A stretch of DNA of 64,000 nucleotides from Raillietiella orientalis (Eukaryota). Positions 1 through 9,750 of the stretch are shown here, one piece after another. The position numbers were made by a program, and so were the translations under genes. The stretch covers positions 62,001 to 126,000 of the forward strand of contig JAYWIR010000051.1 of NCBI GenBank assembly GCA_036172245.1, in the 5' to 3' direction. How positions within the stretch are numbered: position 1 is the first letter of the stretch; each line of letters begins with the position of its first letter. Below the pieces are notes generated by a model. The model had not been told where the DNA came from, made no database searches, and saw only the letters and a program-made list of their open reading frames with translations.

Positions 1-841
1 GTGCGGAGTCGCGTTCCTCGTGCGAGGCAGGGTGGCGGAGGCGGTGCGGAACGTTTGTTTCGACGAGGAAGGTCGTGTGGGCCAACTTGTCCTCAAGTGG
101 TCTGAATCGATCGACATGGTCGTTACGAATATCTACGCGCCGAGCGGCGGCCGGCATTACGCCCAGCGACTTGCATTCCTGGGTGGCCTGCGCAGCCGCT
201 GGCTCGCTGACTCCGGCCCTAACGTGGCGCACCTCCTTGCAGGAGACTTCAACGTCCACCTGCTAACAGAGGAGAGATGCCGCTTGAGGGAGAAGCAACT
301 GGTGAGCGAGGTATGCGCGTCCGTGCGCGTGCAAAACTTGCTTGCTGGTGAGCCCGGGATGGAGAGATCGACGGACCATGCGTTCCTCGATGAACACCTG
401 CTCTCACGAGTAGGTCGGAGAGGGCGTCTGCTGTCCGCGATTTCGGATCATCCTAGACTGGAGTTCGAGCTCCTCCCGCCTAGCAAAGGGCGTCCGATGA
501 ACGTCTGGAGGTTGCCGGCCGACTGGCTTAGCAATTCGGAGGCGGCGGAGCATCTCCGCCAACACCTCCTGGGCTTCGCCATCTGTGAACTCGAGGAATG
601 GGACGATCTGAAAAGATCGGTCCGCGAGTTCTGCTGCCGGTTCCCCTTGCACCTGCTTCCCCGCGGCTTCGGGGAGGGTGTCGCGAACAGCAGATCCTAT
701 CTGCAGGCGCGTACCTTTTCACGATGCCCGGACGTCCGGCGTCTGGCGGAGTATAAGGCCAGGGCCGAGCGCCAGGATTGGCAGTCTGGAGCGGCTTGTC
801 TGCTCGAAGACGCTGGCCAGGAATGCTCGGCTGCAGCCGAA
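1..841 (+). mobile_element. Non-LTR retrotransposon host copy B, part 1: APE endonuclease domain (begins before the window)
   Basis: ORF 20..880 has the APE motifs TNIYAP, LLAGDFN, DHAFL and SDH and is colinear with the APE of element A. Homology stops at QECSAAAE (GAA 839-841), where element A is inserted. Confidence 0.9.
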
Positions 842-1097
842 GTTTGCCACCCGGATATGCCGGGGCATTTATTATTCTAATTTTCTACAAAAATTAGATA
901 ATAAAGCCTTTCAAAAGTTAATTGTGGGAAACACTTGGTTTTCCCACCTTGGTTGACGTGTATGTTGCCGGTGCATAGACCGGTTAGGTCCATCCCCGAG
1001 GCGCATGGGAAGGGAAAACTAGAACAAAAACAAACAAAAAGAGAGATAACGGGGAGGGAAACAGTTGTATGGGGAGAGGTGGGTGGCAGGGAAGGGA

Positions 1098-4000
1098 TCA
1101 ATGGGCGCCTGGGTCGGTCCTCCGCATCCTGTTCAGGATGCAGTCAAGTTCAGTTTTTATTGTGAAAGGTAGACGCCACCTTGTCGCCGTCTCTAAAGAA
1201 ATCGTCGTCCAGTGGATGGCGTCCCTGCATCTTGGGTCTCTTCTTCTGGCGTGCCACCTTTGCACAATGCCGCGCACGCAGCAGAGGACTGCTAGCGACG
1301 CAGCAGGGCGCAGGCCGTCACGCAGAGAGAAGCGACGGTAAATTTCCTTAGGGTCGCCTACTGGAACATGGAGGATTGGGGCGATTCGACTCCAGAGTCC
1401 AACCAGGGCGACACACTCGAAGGCAAGATGCGGGAAAGTTTCACTTTCTCCGCACTATACAATGCGGGCATCCACATTCACTAGTGTCCAGTGAGACAGG
1501 CGTGCTCTGCTTAACAGTCCCCAGTGCAGAAATAGCAACGCCGTCTCCTGCCACTTCAACGGAAGTGTACCGCAATCCCGAAACGCTGGGGGCCACCTCA
1601 CCTACTCCTAGGGTATCGCGAGCAGCACTTCCAAGCGCGCAAGTCCGTGAGGCGGGACGCTCGGGGTGGCAGCGTCTGTGAGCTCCCGAGTCGTCCACGC
1701 CTTTAAAGGTTTTTTCCTACCTTGGATGAGGCAGGACACTTCCCACGATGCCAGCTCGTTGCTGCTCCTACTGTTTTTCAGGGAGGACAGAATGGGGGCA
1801 AGGGAGCTGAAAGAAGCCCACAGGAACTTCCGGGGCGTGTTGATAATCTCCTGCAGCGGCTGTCGAGCGTACGGTCCTCGTTGTAGGCAGTTGTATTCCG
1901 CCTCGCTCGTGCCGTTGATCTTAGCCCACGGGGAAGCTGACTCCTGAAGCCAGGCAGTGCAGTTCGCGGGGATGCAGGAGATCCAGGTATTCTCCCTCAT
2001 CAGGGCGACCATCTGGCGCAAATCGGGACCACAGTTGGAGAGGCTGCGCTGGTAGGCCACGAGGATCGAGGACAATCCTTCGCAGCCGGTCGCTCTTCTG
2101 GCGAGGAGCCGTGCCGGATCGCACAATGGCGTCATCCATAAGCTAGCCGCAAGGGCTAACTTTCGAATTCTCGTTTGAAGTTGGATGCGCTCCAACGTAA
2201 GGAGGCCCAAGCCACCATCCCTGAGTGGAGCGCACAAGTCTTTCAATCGGACTCGCGACCTCGCTGTGCCCCAAAGGGCAGTCCTCAAGAGGGCTTTCGT
2301 CCGTCTCTGTATGATGGGAGGGGCGGGGCAAACAAAAAGTAAGGGGCGAAGGAGGGGGGCCGCGAACGCGTTCCACATCGCAACCCGCTCCTGCAAGTAA
2401 AACTTGCCGTTCCGGAACGGGCCGATCGCCAGCTCCACCTTTTGGAGACGGTCGGACCAGGCTTCTGCAACGCAGAAGTCCCCCTACGGAACGCCAAGGT
2501 ACTTCAAGCACCTGCCCGTGGGGATCCCCAAGCGGATCCAGTCCGGCCGTCCGGCCGACGCCGTATTGTTGAAAAGTTGTGGTGATGTTGGAACGATGGA
2601 AGATTTCTCTCTGTTCACCTCGAGTCCCGTCCCGCGGCGCAGCAACTCAAAGAAATCTTCGAGCGCCGACGCCGGGGTTGACCCGGGGAGCAGGAGCAGA
2701 AGGTCGTCGGCGTAGGCCGACACGGCAGGCGTGCCGGGACACGAGCTTGGCAGGGTTGCCAGAGTCTCCCTGTATGCCCTCAGCACCAGCTCGAAGTAGA
2801 TGCTGAAGAGCATGGGGCTCAGACTGTCACCCTGCCTCATGCCACGCCGAACCGGCACGCCGTACACGTGCCGGCCGCTAAAAGAGATGTTGATTAGAGC
2901 GAAGCGCCAGCAGGAGCGCAGGTAAGCCCGGAAGACGGCCGGGAATCACAAGCGTTCCAGGAGCTCCAGAAGCAGTTCCTGGTCGACGCAATCGAACGCT
3001 TTACGCAGATCGACTGCGACCGCAAGGGCACCGGGAGCGGCTCTTCCATGAAGGGCGTCCCCTCCCTGGTCAGACGAGAATCCAGGATTCTCTTGACCTC
3101 CCTGGTCTTCGCTTTGTTGCAACTGCCACCATGTACTGGCGAGGAACAGGTTGGCCTCCATGCTTCGTCCGGGAACAGCGTATGTCTGCTCCGGACTCAC
3201 CACGGATTCCGCCACCCGTCCCAGTCGCTCAGCCCAAAGCTTGGCAAGCACCTTCGCATCCGCATTCACTACTGTGATGGGACGCCAGTTGCCTACGTTG
3301 CGATTGTCTCCTCCTTTCGGCAGGAGACGTACTCTAGCTGACCGGAACGATGTGGGGACGTCCCCTTGTTCTCGGATCAGCATGCATAGCCGATGCACCA
3401 GTGGGGCCAGCTCCGCCACAAAGCCTTGGTAGAACTCCGCGGGCAGACCGTCTTCCCCTGGTGCTTTTCTCTTTCGGAGCTTTCCGATGGCGGAGACGAT
3501 CTCCGCCATCGAGAAAGGCTTTTCGAGTTGATCTGCCTGCTCCCCCTGCAGCGCGGGGGCGCCTTGCGGCATCAAGCGCTGCGCCACGGCGCGCTACGTT
3601 GTTCTGCGCGCGTACAAGGAGGAGCAGTAGTTTCGCAGGATGCGGTTTATTCTCGCCGGAGCTGAGCATTCTTGGCCTTGGGCGTCCAGCAAGCTGGCCG
3701 ACCCGGATTGCCAGGTCTGTCGCTCAGCCCCAGCTTTATACTCCGCCATGCGTCGAACGTCGGGAGTCCTAGAGTAAAGACGGGCGTGGTGGTATGCCCG
3801 GTCGTTCCTCAGTCCTTCGCCGAAACCTGAAGGGCGACGGTTCAGGGAAAACTGGTCGCAGAACTCCCGGACTGAGCTCTTCAAGTCGTCCCAGTGCGCG
3901 AGCGACTGCAGATGGAAGCCTTGCAGGAACGAGCGAAGATTTTGCGCTGCTCCTGCGAGGCGCAACCAGTCCCCTGGCAAACGCCACGCTGTGGAGGGTG

Positions 4001-4690
4001 GACCTCTACCGCGCGGGTGTATTTCTAGCGCGAGCCGGGGATGGTCGGAAAGTTCGGATGGCACTGCCCCTCGATTTCCCACCCGCGAACACAGGTGGTT
4101 GTCGAGGAACATGTGGTCGATCCTCGTCTCCGTCCCGGCGTCACCGGCCAACAAGTTGCGCGCGTGCACGGCAGCGCACATCTCGTTGACCAGCTGTGCG
4201 CGAATGTCGGGCGCACCTGCCAGCAGGCGGACGTTAAAGTCCCCGGCAATGAGGTGCGCCTTTCGCATGTCTGCTTCGGCCAGCCAATCTCGCCGCAGGC
4301 CTTCGAAGAACGCAGTGCGTTCCCCGCGCCTGTGGCTCGTGCCGGGTGCGTACACGTTGGTCACGACGAGGTCGATCGCGTAGGACCACTTGGCAACAAG
4401 CTGCCCGATTTGACCATCCCCGTCGAAGTGCACGTCGCGCAGCGCATTAACGACGGCTGGCTTCAGCATGAAAGCCACACCCCGGGTGTGGTCTCTCCCG
4501 TTTTGGTATACGAGCCGCCCGCCTGCGATCCGTTCGATTTCCTGGGCCTCCCCTGCGTGGAGCACGTGCGTCTCCTGCAGAAGCGCCAGGTCGAAGTCCC
4601 GCAGGCTGGCGGCCACTTCTCTCCTCTTGCCGTCGTCGCGCAACCCGTTGACGTTCCAACAGCTTACGCGCAGTCGCCGGCAGGAGGAGA
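1098..4690 (-). pseudogene. Element A ORF2 (APE endonuclease + reverse transcriptase)
   Basis: APE motifs CWNVNGL, LQETH, NVYAP, AGDFN, RIDH, SDH. RT motifs KAPGEDG, NWRPITV, EQTYAVPGRS, DLRKAFD, RQGDSLSP, YADD, KYLGVP, GGLG. ORFs 3594..4643, 2946..3587, 2484..2867 and 1608..2438 share one frame broken by three stops. Frameshift near 1660; terminal TGA 1098-1100. Confidence 0.93.
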
Positions 4691-4708
4691 GTCCACGCGT
4701 TGGTGTGT

Positions 4709-6321
4709 TTATTGTGCTTGCTTACCGTCCTCCGCCTGCTGTTCAGCAGGCGGGAGTTGTGTATCCATTGCGACGGGCTGTTGCTCGCAAGGAGGCGGTT
4801 CGTCGGTGGTTGTTGTGGTGGTTGGAGGATCCTGCTTGGCCAGGGACGTCTCCGGCGAGGAGTCGCGAGACCTCGCGGACATCGCCTCCCCGTCGTCGTG
4901 GTCCGACCGCATTTCCTTCTCCGCCGGTGGAGGTGCGGAGCGCCGCGGGTTGCCTACCTTTCGGCCCGCTTTCCGCTTCGGGAGAGCGACTGCCGGAGCG
5001 TTGCCGGCTTCGGCTTCGGACTCGGAAGTCTTCGGTCCTTTCGCCTCAGCCGGACGCTCAAGGCCTTCTTCTGGGCCTTGGGAGGTTGCTGGAGCATGGC
5101 TGCCAACTCTTCCGCCGCCTTGTTGAAGTCCCGGTCGTCGCTGCTCACGCTGGGCTCGCGACTTTGTCGCGGCGTCGGCGTTCGCGCGGCGGCGAATTGA
5201 ACAGCTGGCGTGACGTCACAACGCATCGATCCGTCAGCGGAGCGAGTATCGATCGCCGGCACGCGTTTGATGGCCACGCTGCACGCTTTGATTGTTGGGC
5301 GTGGCGCGACCTTCCCCTTGCCCTTCACCACTTTCGCCGGTGCGGGCGCGGTTTTTTTTACGATTTTTACTTTACGGGTGACCAGCTGCCAGCCTTCCTC
5401 GTCGGCAGTCTTTTCGGGGAGCTCCTGTACCGAGTCCCTTTCCTGCTGCGCGACTTTTGTCGGAGCCGACGGCTGATCCCCTTTTGTGGGGTTTATCACT
5501 ATTTTTGCCTTCCCTTCCTTCTTTTGCGGAAGTTCCGGCGTTGGAGCGACGTTCATCGGGCACACCACTTTGGTGTGGCCCTTCGCGCCGCACGTTGGGC
5601 AAACCGCGTCCGGGCACCGCTTTTTCAAATGCCCGAACGACTTACAGTTTCCACAAAATTTAGGTTTCCCCACAAACCAAATGTCGACGAACTCGTCGCC
5701 AATTTGGAGCTTGTGGGGAAGCTGTACGCTTTCTCGAAGCGTCACGCGCGCGCCTACTCGCCCACTAAATGCACCGTTCACTCCGAAGGTGTTGGGCTTT
5801 CTCCACATCGCGAATACGTTTGCGAATTTTTCCAGTTCAGCGCGGATGGCGTTCTCATCCATCCGCACTGTTGTCCCTGTTAGGTGGACCACAATGGAGT
5901 GGTCCACCGTGTGTGGGAGTAAATTCCTGCCCTCAAATTGTACGGGCGTGCAGAGCATCTTGTGGGTAAGAGCTGCATCCTTGCAGATGAGCTCCGCCAA
6001 CTGCCCTCCGCTCCGTATAGAGAGGCAAAGAATTTCCTGGTCGGCAATGCCCATCTTTTTGATGGCATTGCCGAACTTTCGCGCCCTTAACGGGGAATAT
6101 AAATTGCCTACCTTGTACAGGAGGGCCGGATTGTAGCCCTCCTGGATGTAGGATTGGATTTCGGCGGCGACATCGGGCGTTTCCGCCGCTGCCACCGCGC
6201 TCCAGGCCCTCGCCGTAGTGGCGGGTTCAGAAGAAGTGGTGGGGCGTGATCCCACCTCCTTTGGCTTGGGAGACGCGGTCTTCCCGCCTCCCTCACCTGA
6301 AACTGCGGCGTTCACAGGCAT
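4709..6321 (-). pseudogene. Element A ORF1 (gag-like nucleic-acid-binding protein, two zinc knuckles)
   Basis: CGNCKSFGHLKKRC and CPTCGAKGHTKVVC fit CX2CX4HX4C. Starts at ATG 6321. A probable frameshift near 5070 links ORF 4954..6321 to the frame ending at TAA 4709. Confidence 0.85.
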
Positions 6322-6409
6322 TTCTGCCTGTCAACGGCCGCGAAACGCACACGGAACACCAGAAAATAAAAACTCCCTATCCAAGGAGCGCGCAACAATT
6401 GCGTCCGCC

Positions 6410-7041
6410 GTACACCGCGCAGTCAAGCGCTCCTACTCCTCGTTGTACGCGGAGGAGCCCACGGAAAGCAGTCTCTCCGAGCTGCTTCTTCAGACGGGTA
6501 ACTCCGCTATCGACGAGGAGGAAAGCGGCAGTTTGGATTGGACCTTCACGGCGGAAGAAGTATTTTCCGCTATAGAGGGCCTGAAGAGGCGTGAGGCGCC
6601 TGGGGAGGATGGTCTGCCCGCGGAGTTCTTTCTGTGCTTCGCGGCGGAGCTCGTCCCCCTGGTGCTAAGCCTTTCCTCGCTGATGCGTGAGACGGGAGAT
6701 GTTCCCGCTTCTTTTCGCTCAGCAAAGGTGCGGCTCCTGCTGAAAGGCGAGGGTTTGCGATACCTCAGCAACTGGCCTCCGATCACCTTAATGAATTCGA
6801 ACGTCAAGCTGTTCTGCAAGCTATGGGTCGCGCGCCTGGGGAGAATCGCGGATACCTTGGTTAGTCGCAGACGTATGCTGTTCCGGGACGACCCATGGAC
6901 GCGAATCTCTTCTTCGCGCGAACATAGTTCGAGTTGCAGCAGCGCGTGGCGCAACAGAGCCACGCAGCCGAAATCGCCGCTGCCAAAGGTAAGCGGCGGT
7001 GTTCAAGGCACGATGGAAGGCCGGGAGCCTTGGCATTCCAA
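6410..7041 (+). mobile_element. Host copy B, part 2: APE-RT linker and N-terminal RT
   Basis: YSSLY...FTAEEVFSAI..EAPGEDGLPAEFF..NWPPITLMN matches A. One frameshift near 6870. Ends at PGALAFQ (CAA 7039-7041). Confidence 0.9.
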
Positions 7042-8311
7042 TTTCACCCGGGTTTCGCCGAAGCGTTTACTCCAACAATAAACATTAAGAAAGACGTGCA
7101 GTGTCTTGACCATTGCTCCAGCCTCGCACGAAGAAACACATAGCCTACCGGGTCACCGGTTCGCAGACCGGTACGGTACACCACGGCAGCAGGGGGAAGG
7201 GGGAAAGCTAGGCATTCGACTGCGTGAATCAGGATCTCACCCAGTCTCCTGGCCGGCTCCCTCAACTTTTTCGGCGTTGTTCGCCGGGGTCTCGGGTGCG
7301 GCCTGGGTCTTGGGCGCGGGTGGCACAGCCTTCGCGGCAGCTTTCGCCGCCAGCCTTTTCTGCAGAAGCCGGGCGCGTTTTTTAAGGTTTCTCTTGGAAA
7401 CCACCCGCACTGCTGCTTTTGGGCACACCTCCCTCGTGTGACCCATTGTGCCGCATACTTGGCACTGCACGTTGGGACACCTCTTTATGACGTGGCCCGA
7501 CGTATTGCAGAAGCCGCAGTATTTCGGCTTCCCCACATACCAGTGGTCGACCGTTTCGCCTTCGACCACCAGTTTGTGGGGAAGAGTGCAGCCCTCCCTA
7601 ATGGTTACGCGCGCAGCCGTGAGGCCGTGTTGCAGCGCCGTGTAGTCCTCGAAAAGACTAACTTTCGTCCACTGCGCGTGGACCGTTCCTTATTCCTCCA
7701 ACGCGGCGCGAACCTGTTCCCTGCGCATCCGCGCGGTGACACCTAACAGGTGGAACACCATGCTGCGGTCCACCGTAGTGGGGAGGAGCCTGCGCGTCCC
7801 CATCACAACGGGGGTTTTAAGCAGTCGTTGGGCCAGCTCTGCATGTTTGCAGATGACCCCAACGTACTGACCCCCGCTGCGGATGGTCATAGCGCTGAGC
7901 TCCTCCTCTCTCACATTGAGAACGCGCATGCCCCTCGAAAAGGCGCGCGCGCTCTCTAAAGAATAAAGGTTGCCTACCTTGTAGAACAATGAGGGATTGT
8001 ACCCCTCCTCTACATAGGCCGACAATTCCGCCGCGGCTGCAGGCGATGGCGTCGACACAACGGCGCTCCACGCCCGCGCTGCAGCGGGGACCGATTCTGT
8101 GGGGCGGATGCCCCCACCTCCATCGCCTCTGGGGGCGACGTTGCCGCCGCCCCCTGGCTCTCCATTGCCTCTGGGGGCGGCGTTGCCGCTGCCCCCTGGC
8201 CATCCCTGGTGGTCGCGTCAGGCATCGCTGCCTGATCGACCACCGAACCACACGACGCTTGCACTGGGGGAGACTTCCTGGCACGAGGAGCACCGAGAAA
8301 ACACGTCCACC
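7042..8311 (-). mobile_element. ORF1-only non-autonomous element C of the same family
   Basis: Has the family 5' end (GGTGGACG at 8311), ORF1 from ATG 8225 to TGA 7237, a 195-nt 3' UTR with family hairpins, and the end CCGGGTGAAA at 7042. No ORF2 sequence. Confidence 0.85.
7237..8225 (-). pseudogene. Element C ORF1 (gag-like, two zinc knuckles), two frameshifts
   Basis: EGYNPSLFYKVGNLYS matches A's EGYNPALLYKVGNLYS. Knuckles CGFCNTSGHVIKRC and CQVCGTMGHTREVC. Frameshifts near 8090 and 7690. A short QGAAATPPPEAME repeat occurs twice at the N-terminus. Confidence 0.85.
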
Positions 8312-9750
8312 CTAGAGCGCACAAGGCGTTCGACTGCGTGGACCAGGATCTCCTGCTGGAGCTCCTGGATCGCATGGGCTTCCCACCCTCCCTACTGACC
8401 TTCCTGCGCTCTTGCTGGTGGAGCGCGCTAATTAATATCTCTTTCAGAGGTCAAATGGCGTACGGCGTCCCGGTATGGCGGGGCATACGGCAGGGCGACA
8501 GCCTCAGCCCCCTGGCAAAATATTGGACAGTACCATGGTGTGCTCCCACACGACTCCTCGCCCACAGGGCCACCGGCTGCAACAAATTGACCTCAATCCT
8601 AGTAGCCAACGACGGTAGACTGTACCATTGTGGTTCGCAGCTTCGTGAATTGGTGGCCCTGGTGAGGAACGACCCTTGGATCTCCTGCAGCCCCGTAAAC
8701 TGGACTATCTGGCTCCAGGAGTCCGTTTCCGCGAGGGCAAAAATCAACGGCTCCAGTGAGGTGGGCTTCTGCCTTCGTCGAGGCAGGAACGCTGGCCAGC
8801 CCCTGCGGGAGATCGTATCCATCCCACAAAGGCTTTTGTGGGCCTCATTCACTCCCCTTGTTCCCGTGCTGCCTTCCCTTATAGCAGCCAGGGACAGCCA
8901 AGAGGAGGCTTGTTACGTAGTGTCCTGCCTCATCGGAGGCAGGAAGAAACCAATGAAGGCGTGGACGGCCTGGGAACTAGAGGACGCTACAACCCCGTGT
9001 CCCGCCAAATGGAATTGTGCGCTGGGGCGAGCTGATCGGTATGTCTCCGGAGGAGAAGTGGCTCCCGGCATATTGGGACAGTGGCACTGTCCCTTTGGAT
9101 TGGTAGGAGACGGCGCTGCTTGTGCTCCATTGGGGACTTTTGAGCAGAGCACGCCTGTCTCACTGGACATTGGGGAGACTGGATGCCCATTGTACAGAGT
9201 GTGGGCAAAGGGAGACCTTCCCCCACTTACTCATCGAGTGTGTTGCCCTCGCCGAACGTGGGATCGACTCTCATCGGCCATAAACGTAGCGGTGGGCGAC
9301 CCTAAAACATTTTTCGTCGCCTCTTAATGCGGAACTCCCTGCCAGGTGCCGCGTGTTGCAGTTCTCTGCTGCATACGAGGAATTCTGGACAAGTGGAACG
9401 GGTAGATAAGAGGCCACAGCAGTCGGAATGCTATCCACTGCGCGGTGATCTCCATGGAGAAGGCTTCCCGTTGGAGCCGGCTTAGGAAAATTCTGCCAGC
9501 ACTTGTTAGCATCCGGAACCAGATGCAGAGGCCTTCACTCAGCGAGCAGTGATCCCTTCCCTCCCCTCCGCCTCCCCATAAACAATGTCCCCCAGGCGTT
9601 TTCTTCGTTTTTTTTTGTATTTTTTTTCCTTTTTCCCATCCCCTTCGCGAGTGAAGTAGGCCTTACCGGCTCTCAAGTCGGTAAACAAGTGCAAAACATT
9701 AAGGAAATGTGTTCCGATAGGAACACAAAAACAATGAAAATCAATCGACT
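8312..9750 (+). mobile_element. Host copy B, part 3: RT with internal deletion, C-terminal domain and 3' UTR
   Basis: KAFDCVDQDLL...RQGDSLSPL jumps directly to AKYWTVPWC, so YADD is lost. The C-terminus is colinear with A, the stop is TGA 9550-9552, and the 3' UTR begins TGATCCCTTCC as in A. Confidence 0.88.

Larger units (their letters stand above)
843..6409 (-). mobile_element. Full-length L1/Tx1-like non-LTR retrotransposon (element A), inactivated
   Basis: Contains a 5' UTR starting GGCGGACG at 6409, ORF1 with two CCHC knuckles, ORF2 APE+RT, and a structured 3' UTR ending CCGGGTGGCAAA at 843. Removing it rejoins the host B frame (..SAAAE|VHRAVKRSYSSLY..). Confidence 0.9.

Noticed and set aside
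4041..5883. Long + strand ORFs (361 aa and 471 aa)
   Set aside because: Antisense shadows of the GC-rich element A ORFs with no recognisable motifs.
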